Shown in pieces: positions 1 to 13,199 of a stretch of 20,000 bases of DNA (positions are counted from its first letter, which is position 1; every line of letters starts with the position of its first letter). Position numbers and translations under genes: made by a program. The stretch is from Spirogloea muscicola (Eukaryota): the NCBI GenBank assembly GCA_009602725.1, contig WELB01000007.1, forward strand, positions 910,244 to 930,243, read 5' to 3'. The notes below the pieces were generated by a model. It was given only the letters and a program-made list of their open reading frames with translations. It was not told the DNA's origin and did no database searches.

Positions 1-423
1 GTCAGCATGACACGTGGGGCGGGGCGTGCTTGGAGGGGTTGTTGTGGTTGCGAGGATGCTGGCGCCGCAGGCGTGGCCGCGCGCGCCGCCACCACGGCAG
101 CCAAGCCGGCGGGGCCGCCTCGCCGCCGCTGAACATCCCGTCCCCCGCCGGGCGCCCCACTGGGCAGCCTCTGGCGGGCACAGCTGGGTTGCTCGTCCAC
201 CCCTCAGCTCATCTGGCTTCCTTCTGCTGACACGGGGGTTCCATGAGCGCCCGTCTTCCTAGCCTGTCGCTTCACTAACACAGTCATGGATCCTCGTCTG
301 TGTGCACCTGGCGGGCTTTCACAGCCGACGTTTGTCGCGCTTGCAGTCGACGTCCGCGGGCGTTTGAACTCGCTGGCTCGACCTACTCCAGCGGCTTGCG
401 CGGTGTGCTGTGTCCCGCCGACG

Positions 424-745
424 GGAGAAAACAGCTTTACTAAATTGACAGCAATGGCTGTGAGAGGCAAGCCCAAAAGGAAGGACAAGGTCTGAAGGGC
501 CGGATGGCGCAAAAAGCAGGATACTAGTCCTCAAGACGTCAGCAAGGGGTCTCTCAATGGAGAAAGACGCGTTAACGAGAGGGCGGTGGCTGGAGAGGAG
601 AGGCCTGCCCAGACTAAGAATGGACAAAATTCGAAGGCGCCAAGGGAAAGCGCTAAAGCACACGTGGAATCAACCAGCTACGAAAAACTCAGTAACCCTT
701 GCTAAGCAGCCGGAGGTTGGAGAAATTGGTCTCAATAACCTCTAG
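424..745 (+). repeat. Two diverged tandem copies of the intergenic GCTGTGAGARGCCAGCCC repeat family
   Basis: 456-545 (ggctgtgagaggcaagcccaaaaggaaggacaaggtctgaagggccggatggcgcaaaaagcaggata...caagacgtcagca) matches 7848-7929. 575-740 aligns with 8398-8560. Confidence 0.85.
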
Positions 746-974
746 TTAGTGAGTGCAAGTCAGATTAACCAAGGGCAGCAGAGCTAGCAGCCCGGCTTCA
801 ATGTAGGGTCGTTTGCTCAAGTGTGCGGGATGCGCCTTGCCGTCTCCTGCAGTGGTCCTTGGCATTTGCCGACCCCTTGCGTGTAGGCCGCGCCTTGGAT
901 GCTGCCTCCTGGGTCCGACAGGGCGACGCTTTTCCACCCTCTCGTTATTCTGATGCAAACTTGCTGACTAGAGG

Positions 975-1115
975 TCATTGAGCGCCCACTCGCAGGAGTC
1001 ATCAAATATAGTTTCGTGCTTTCTGCACCATTAAGCCCTTTCGGACCTTGTACACTCCTTTGGGATGGCATCTCACAGCCATTGCCTTATTTGGAGAAGC
1101 TATTTCCTTTCATAC
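975..1115 (-). repeat. Inverted copy of the same repeat family
   Basis: The reverse complement gcaatggctgtgagatgccatcccaaaggagtgtacaaggtccgaaaggggcttaatggtgcagaaagcacga...ctcaatg aligns with 424-560. Confidence 0.8.
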
Positions 1116-1169
1116 CAGCAGCCGAAAATCTTTCTACTGGGGAGCCTTCACCACCTCCGTCGGCGTGCC

Positions 1170-1634
1170 ATGGCCCCGCCAGGATCCACGGCACCCCCGA
1201 GTCCCCAAGCCCCCAAGCCTCAGCCCCCAGCCCCCCAGCTCCTCAGCAAGCCTTCCTGTGCGGAGAGAGGCCCGTCCCACCAGCTCAAGTCTGTCGTGTA
1301 GGTGCTCGCCCGCAGTCCCCCTGTGTGCACTCGGATGGCATTCACAGCCGCCCTTACGCAGGGACGTTCTTCTGAGATTGTATTCTCTGTGACTGCCTAT
1401 GTAGTCCTGGACTATGCTGCAGAATAGGTACCATAGCTGCTGCAAGGCCACTTCCTCGTTCTCCAGGCCTGCCTGCTACATAGCAGGAAGAATCCTCCCT
1501 CTTGTGAGGGTCTTCTTCAGAAGCAGCTGGAGGGATGCCCCCTCCAGCGAGGATCTTCTATAGAAGACAAATGCTGTGCAGCCTGTGACATGCTGCAAGC
1601 ACATGTGCTTAAGCTCCACGTCATTTGGAAGTGA
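1170..1634 (+). pseudogene. Decayed reading frame, possibly an importin-5-like HEAT-repeat fragment
   Basis: gccATGg start at 1170. The frame runs to TGA at 1632 and is broken only by TAG at 1299, 1425 and 1434. SSIEDKCCAACDML and LQGHFL...LLHS resemble, from memory, plant importin-5 SVLEEKATACNML and LGQDFL...LLQS. The strand is ambiguous because the in-register antisense frame has only one stop. Confidence 0.25.
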
Positions 1635-2108
1635 AGTCCAACTGGTGCTTGCTTCTTCTGCCCCTCGAAAACAGTACATGCTTGAAACGGGCAAAATTTT
1701 CTTCTGGTGACAAAGAAGGTCCTAAGACCAATCTGTGCAGCCGCCTCAACATTCACAACTGGCAGATTGGACAACGCACTCTTGCCACGATGAGCAGCAA
1801 TTTCTTGTATCTTGCTACAAAAGTCTGCAAGTGAAGCTGCACAACTTTTCTAGTCTATTTGTTGCTCCCACTGGAGGCTGGATCCCGCTGTGAAGGAGGA
1901 GCATTTCCAGAAGCCTGATGGGCTTCCTGCTTGGATGCAGAACCTGTGTACTTGAGATGATAATTTAGTGTGCAAGGCCTTGAAAAGCTTCTTGACCTCT
2001 GTATGTGCAGAGGTGATTGCAACGACACTGAAGCAAAGCAGCTTTGCTTACATGCTCTCAAGGCATGACCTCTGCTGTTGGGGAGACTTCAAAGCAGCGT
2101 GACTAACT

Positions 2109-2130
2109 CATGGCATGGCATGGCATGGCA
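2109..2130. repeat. (CATGG)4 microsatellite
   Basis: catggcatggcatggcatggca. Confidence 0.85.
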
Positions 2131-2194
2131 CAAATGACATACTTGGGTTTTGCGTCCTTTGCTCATGATGGCTAGGAATTGGCAACACTAACCT

Positions 2195-7225
<5,031 letters not shown>

Positions 7226-7361
7226 GGCGGCGGCAGGAGGGCGGCCTTCGCGCGAGGAGGAGAAGCCGAACGGCAGGCAGCGGGCGAGCGCGTCCGACAG
7301 GGCGGCGAGCCAGCTGCTGCTCATGGAGCGGCTCCTGGGAGGGGGGGGAACTGAGGATCGG

Positions 7362-8565
7362 GGAGAAACAGCAGCTCTTCCAATGTAAAGCGGTGGCTGT
7401 GAAGAAGTGGCTCTCCCAATGGGGGCAAGGGCTGTGAGAAGCCAGCCCGAAAAGAATTGACAAGGTTCGAAGGGGCCAAAGTACGAGCTAAGCAGCGACT
7501 GCGGGGCCTGAAGAGGCTATGGCAGAACGGGGGAGGATGGACCGCTTAGTAGTTACGAGTGAGGAGCCTCACATCCGACAGACTAGCTGTGAGAGGCCAG
7601 CCCAACGAAGTTGAACTTCGAGGGCTGAGGATCCGTCGGGCTCCAGTCGCCACTCCGGCTGGCCGAGCGTGGAAGTGCCACTCACCTCTCCAGCGTGACG
7701 CGTGGCGTGGTCGAAAAGGAAACAGCTCTTCCAAGATGACAGCAGTGGCTGTGGGAGAAGTGGCTCTCCCAATGGGGCCAAGGGCTGTGGCTGTGAGAGG
7801 CTAGCCCAAAGAGAGAAGGCGCGCGGTGCGCATCAAATTGAAAGGGAGGCCAATGCCCAAAGGAATGGACAAGGTCTGAAATGGCCGGATGGCGCAAAAA
7901 GCAGGATATCAGTCACCAAGACGTCAGCAGCATGAAAACAACAGCAGCTTTTCCAATTTAAGGCAGGGGCTGTAGATAAGAATGTGGCTCTTCCAAAGGG
8001 GGGCAAGGGATAAGACAGCCAGCCGAAACAGTCGACAAATTCTGAAGGAGCCAAGAGTGCTGGCTCAGAGCTTGGGCGATAGGATGAATCACGTGGTAAC
8101 AATGAGATAGCCAGCCCAGAAAGAGAGGACAAGGTCCAAAGGGCCGAAAGGCGCCTTAAACCACACAGCTATGCAAGAGACTACAGCAGATGGGAGCTTA
8201 GTAACCCCGAGTTGGCAAGAAACAGAAGGAACACTCCAATAAGTAGAGGGCGATGGAAAGAAAGCTTTTCCGAAATGGCCCGAGTCCGAACAAAAGAAGC
8301 CCGCTCCATCTGCAGGTGCGATTGGCGACGCGTGTAAATATGGTGCTTCAGAAGTTCTTCAATAGGAGGGCACGAGCTGTGAAAGATTGATGCTTCCAGT
8401 AGAGGGCGATGGCTGTGATCGGCCGCCAGCCCAGAAAGTTGAATGAACAAAGTTCAAAGTGGCCAGAAAAGCGCTGAAGCACACAGCGGCCTAAGTGGCT
8501 ACTGGATGCTCAATGCCCCCTACTGAGCAGCCGCAGGTTGGCGAAAATAGTCTTCACTCCAGGTA
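7362..8565 (+). repeat. Array of repeat-family modules upstream of UGP, including young 174-bp copy A1 at 7401-7574
   Basis: Recurrent roughly 35-bp subunits (gaaacagctcttccaa...ggctgtg; agaagtggctctcccaatgggggcaagggctgtg; agargccagcccraaagaatkgacaagg) at about 7362, 7401, 7586, 7715, 7756, 7790, 7940, 7980, 8103 and 8411. Confidence 0.9.
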
Positions 8566-8839
8566 GCGGGTCCCCTTTCTATAGCCAGAGGCTGCAGCCA
8601 AAGCACGACCAGCACGCAGATGAAGCGCGTGTGCCATTGACCGCTGCAGGGATTACTGACAGGCGCATGATACACCTGGGCGAGTGAGCGTGCCACGTTG
8701 AGATCGGCCTGCTCATCTTGAGAACGTGGGGAGACTGCGTTGCGCGCGAGCTGATGCAGGAGCTCGAGCCACTGAGCACAGTGAAAGGAATGAAACAAGC
8801 TCATTTTCCAATTTCATCCTTCCTTCAAGTGAGCTGGCT

Positions 8840-9190
8840 GTTATTCCCAAAATGTGGCTGCGTAAGTAGGGGTTACTGACCGGCCAGAGTTAGCGTTTCC
8901 TTGGTTTCCTGTGTGCTTGTCATACATTTGTGGGCTGGCCCTTTCTGCAACCCTCGCCTACTCTGGATCAGCTGCTTTTTCTTTCTGTACTGGCTGGCCT
9001 TTCAGACCAGTGGCCACTAGAGTCGCTGGGGGCTTCAGCGCTTCTCTGGCCCCTTCAATCATTTTTCTTATGGGCTGGCCAATCACAGCCATCGCCCTCC
9101 ACCAGATCCATCTGCTTTCATCCCAGCGCTCCTTCGGGAGAAGTAGCGCTCAAACAAGGTTGGGCTGGCTTTCCACAAACCCTCGGCACC
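8840..9190 (-). repeat. Inverted array of the same repeat family
   Basis: The reverse complement of 9006-9103 (ggagggcgatggctgtgattggccagccca...ggccagagaagcgctgaagcccccagcgactctagtggccactgg) matches 8400-8506. Further cores lie at about 8930, 8990 and 9160. Confidence 0.85.
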
Positions 9191-9564
9191 TTTGCAAGAG
9201 CTACTGCTTCGTCTTGCAAAGATGTCTTCTTCTTAGAAGACATCTTTGCTTTTCCGCCAGTAGGGACCACTTTACTTCCCCCAGCTCCTGGAGGTGCCAT
9301 GCGGCAGCCACCAAGGCTTCCCTGTTGAATACTGTAATATGGTGAATCGGCGGGTCGGGGTGGGGTGACCATCCCGCCCGTCTCATTGGGACTTGAGAGT
9401 CTCCCCTGGCTAAGGGAGGCCTCGGGCACCCATCCGGCTCACTCCCCACATCCGAGGCCACGCGGTGCGCCCGTGCGCCCTAGCCATGGCTGCCACCCAC
9501 CTCTGGTGAGGGCGGAGCCTGTGCTGTCTGACTGACTGTCTGAGATCTGAATCTGTCTGCCGCC

Positions 9565-9840
9565 ATGAACGCATCTGCATCTGAGCCGCTGCGATGAGGT
9601 CGATCTGCTGGGCCGCCGCCTCAACGAGGGCGATCTGCTGGATCTGTGGACAAGGGCAAACGTCCATTGGAGGAGCTCAACTGGAGGATTGCAGACATTG
9701 AGAACGCTGTGTACAACACACAGGGACAGGTACAGGAGCAGATACAAGAGCGCACAGCCCAGGAAAACTTTCATTCCCCAGCCTCCTTGGCCACCTTGGC
9801 CTACTGGCGGAGGGATACTCCACCTTCGCTTATCAGCGTG
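9565..9840 (+). pseudogene. Decayed ORF of unknown origin (coiled-coil-like) with a premature TGA
   Basis: gccgccATG at 9565 gives MNASASEPLR*GRSAGPPPQRGRSAGSVDKGKRPLEELNWRIADIENAVYNTQGQVQEQIQER. The TGA at 9595 corresponds to CGA in the duplicated RGRSAG unit. Confidence 0.4.
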
Positions 9841-10036
9841 CTTGCATTCCCGAAGTCAGGCTACCCGCTTACATGGCCGTGCTCCAGCTACCCAAATGAG
9901 TCTGTCCAACTCGTGTATGCTCATTGGTGTGTACTGAATCTCCCCTCCAGCCTTGCTTTTGGCCTACATCCTTTGATCTTTTCTCTGAAAGGTTTTGGTG
10001 TAGCCTCATCACCTGCAATCCTCTGCGTTTCGTTTG

Positions 10037-10200
10037 CAGGACAGAGTGTTAGCTTGGCTTGGCCCCCCGTTCAATACATGCATATTGGCATAGACAGAGT
10101 GTTAGCTCGGCTTGGCCCCCCTTTCAATACATGCGCATTGCGCATCTTTGCTTTCCAAAATCCCGCGCCACCTCCACCACACGCCCGCCACTCTGTCCTG
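10037..10200. mobile_element. Candidate 164-bp MITE with perfect 12-bp TIRs and an internal 53-bp tandem duplication
   Basis: CAGGACAGAGTG (10037-10048) and CACTCTGTCCTG (10189-10200) are exact reverse complements. The tandem units are 10040-10092 and 10093-10145. No TSD is visible. Confidence 0.5.
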
Positions 10201-10977
10201 GCATCTTATTCAGTCCTTTTATTCTGAATTCTCCGACTGCCGCCGTCACAGCAGCAGGGGCCTCAAAGCTGCTGAAGACCTCCAAGGGGGGCTGTCCACT
10301 AGCCCTCACGCCCAGGGCTGGCGCTCTCCCAATGCGCAGCTCTCTTAGTCCCATGAACATAATAATTGATACGATGTCGATTGGACACTATGCACCTTCA
10401 TATCAAATGCCAGCTGCAGCTGAAACGAAGAAGACCATTGCACCCCTTGGTTCACACCAACTATTGGCAAAAGCAAGTTGCTTGTACCAGCATAAGATGA
10501 GGCAATTCTCCGGGCATAACATGCATACATGCAGTCTTACTGAGGACAAGCAGTCACGATGACAACAAGCTCACTACTTCTCCCAAGTAACACCTCCAGA
10601 TTTGGAAAGGCGAAGGCATAAAGCACACCCCATGGGGCCAAGAATTGTGTCGGTATGCACACTCTTGGCTGTTGCAGCAACATCTATCTAATGCCGCATC
10701 CCAAGACTGAAGGCGACGATCAAGTCCGCAAACACCGAAAGTTCGAGCGAGATGCAAGAGTTAGAAAGCTGCACAGAAGGAAACCAAGCTACAAAGCAGA
10801 AAGAGTGCGACCAGTCCAGTCTAGATCTAGTCAGTGTTATATGCATGGAATGGCCACCATTGGCGGGTTGGGGCGCAAGCTTATAAGAATGCCTGCTCTG
10901 CACACTCATAGATGCGGAACCTGAATGGTCATGCCTTTGAGAGCAGATCGACCTTGCGCAGGCTGTCTAGCGCAGAT

Positions 10978-11250
10978 TGTTAGACACCTCAATGTCTAAC
11001 ACTCTGTGCTAAACACCACAGTGTCAAGCAAAAGTAGTTTCCCTTCAACCTCCTTGGTCTTCCTCAGAGGGTCTCATTCTGAAGCAGCTAAAGGTCTAAG
11101 TTGTGTATGGCAATGCACCACAGTGTCAAACAATCTGTGCTAGACACCACAGTGTCAAGCATAAATAGTCTCCCTTCGGCCTCCTTGGTCCTCCTCAGAA
11201 GGGCTCATTTTGATGTAGCTACACCTCTAGATTGCGTGTGGGTATGCCAC
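10978..11250. repeat. Diverged tandem duplication with period about 131 bp, containing cacca(c)agtgtc sub-repeats and preceded by a 9-bp-stem hairpin
   Basis: tctgtgctaaacaccacagtgtcaagca...cctccttggtcttcctcagagggtctcatt (11003) versus tctgtgctagacaccacagtgtcaagca...cctccttggtcctcctcagaagggctcatt (11134). The hairpin is tgttagaca-cctcaa-tgtctaaca at 10978-11001. Confidence 0.85.
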
Positions 11251-11464
11251 ACGCCCTTGAACAAGTATCTCTTGCCCTCCTTGATAATGGATCCTGTCCA
11301 CGTCATCACCTCCCAAGAAGGAGCCCAAGTTGGAGGTCTCATGAATCAAAACAACCTCATGGCTTTTACCACGCTAGCCACACAAGAGCACGCAAATCTC
11401 TGTGTAGAGTAGTCTGTTCAATCGGTAGAAATGACAAGCTACATCTTCATTCCCTTTCCTTGCT

Positions 11465-12887
11465 TCATATGCATCCAACAAGATGCCGCCTCAAACTCGG
11501 AACCACGACTTCAGGCGAGCTTAGCTGTGGAAGGTGGCCCTGGGTCTGGAGTATCTCCACCACGCTTCTTCCCCCAAGTGTCATGTGCAAGTACTCGGCG
11601 ACAACAACCGGCACAGCCATGTCATTGTTGCTCTGCAATATGTGGCAGGGCACCGTGACCAGAGGTAGTAATCTCCTCAAATCGCTCTGTCGCAGAGGAA
11701 AGTCACTACTGCGCAACATTAGACAAGTACGCAAACATGCAGCACTCTGCATCACGAATGTCCCCAACCGGACTCCAGTTTTGAACGTTGATAAGTCCAG
11801 AATGACAACGTCCAGTGGTAGATATAGACAACTCTGATCAGAATGCTGCAGTGCTTTTGCTCTTGCCAAAGGAATATGTGGTGGGGTGATCAGAAAGCCA
11901 AAAGTCATGATGGGTGACAAGCGAATCAACTTAATAGGCTGTCCATGATGCCTGCTGATGACAGCAGGCCGCGTCATGTTCACCTGGAAGATGGTCTTAG
12001 CCACACTTAAGGCAATGTCAGGTCTGATGCTGAAGACAGTGCGACTGAATTCTTGCACGGCATCGGACTCAATATCGGCTCCAACTGCCAGCGGTGCAAA
12101 CCCTGATACCCAAGCCTTGAAATTCTGCTGCATGGCCTCGAAGAGCCCATTTAAGTCCTCCTGCTCAAAGCCCCCAAAGTAGTCCTTGTCATTCAGGTAT
12201 CTGTTGCACAGGCGAATGCAGCACATCAGCGCAGGCAGATCACATAAGAACGCTATTGACACGTTCACGCCTTTAGTGAGGGGTCAAGCGACAACATTAA
12301 AGAGATTCTTGCGCCTATGAAGTTGCTGCTTTAAATTTTGGTAGAAGGAAAAGTATTAGAGAAGCACAGCGGGCGCTCAAAGATCCTTCATTACTGTGAC
12401 CACGGCTTTGTCAGCACATTACCTTTGTATTAGGTGGAATCATATGAAGAATTGCAAACTAATACATGTCAGACCTCTCTGAGCAACTTTACTTCTGCAT
12501 AATATTGGTACAAAGAGTCCACCTTGGGGATGCAGAAATCATTATGATCTTCTCGAAGACCTCGGGACGCTCAATAGAGGCCAGACAGCCGATCATGCCG
12601 GACACAGAGTGACCAACATAGATGCAGCTCTCCACGTCGAGCTCGTCGAGGATGGCGAGGAGGTCGTCGGCATAGGCATGCAGCGTGGCGTAGCGCCTGA
12701 ACGAGAAATTCTCGGGATTTGTGGAGCCAGCCCCCATGAGGTCGAAGAGGATGAGGCGGTAGTCATCGACGAGGTGCGGGACAATGTGCTGCCAGGAGGA
12801 GGAGTCGCTGCCGAAGCCGTGTGAGAGCACGACGAGCTTCTCCCCGGAGCCGATCACCCGCAGGTTGTGCTGGTCCAGGACGGACAT
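11465..12887 (-). CDS. KAI2: KARRIKIN INSENSITIVE2 / D14-like alpha/beta hydrolase receptor, 3 exons, 267 aa
   Basis: Exons 12887-12523, 12200-11984, 11686-11465 (804 nt, GT-AG introns). Motifs HGFGSD, GHSVSG (catalytic Ser), [45 protein letters not shown] (Asp) and GHLPQLSSP (His). RY (rather than the RF of D14) and FAPLAVG...DIALSV fit the KAI2 clade. Confidence 0.95.
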
Positions 12888-13199
12888 GGNCACCGCCGCG
12901 CCGCCTCCCACCGCCGCAACTCGGCCGCGGTCGCCGCCGCGGTCGCAGCCGCGGCAGAGGCTGACAACGACGGAGGCGGTGGCGGCGGCAACGGCGGCGG
13001 CGGCGGCGGCGGCGCAGAGGATCGAAGGCCTGCGGGCGTGCCGGGAAGGGCGTCAAAATGTCGGTCGGCCCGTCAGACGGGCGCCAGGGCGAAAGGGGGC
13101 CAGGGCTGCCAAGCCTGGGCGCAGCTGGCCCCCTCGCCTGGCCTTGGCGCGGAGCCACACGCGGTGGAAATCTGTAGTCGGGCGGCGCAGGCCCACACG

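Noticed and set aside
8..17. G-box/ABRE-like tgacacgtgg
   Set aside because: A single short motif at the window edge with no assignable TSS.
1299..1478. TAG-to-Gln genetic code reassignment
   Set aside because: None of the four intact gene models needs an in-frame TAG or TAA, and the TPR gene ends in TAG. Mutational decay is the simpler explanation.
7401..7574. Repeat as tRNA-derived SINE, snRNA or 5S gene
   Set aside because: I could not recognise A/B boxes, an Sm site, U1/U2/U5/U6 signatures or a poly(A) tail on either strand.
7362..8160. CRISPR-like array of roughly 35-bp units
   Set aside because: The units are degenerate and contiguous, lack unique spacers, and the context is eukaryotic with no cas genes.
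10059..10562. 167-aa ORF and the 3' part of ORF 9646-10227
   Set aside because: They run through the TIR element and tandem repeat, with no recognisable domain or consistent splice structure.
12888..12911. N-terminal extension of KAI2 from the GTG at 12911
   Set aside because: Homology starts at the ATG at 12887, and the ambiguous base at 12890 makes the upstream frame unreliable.
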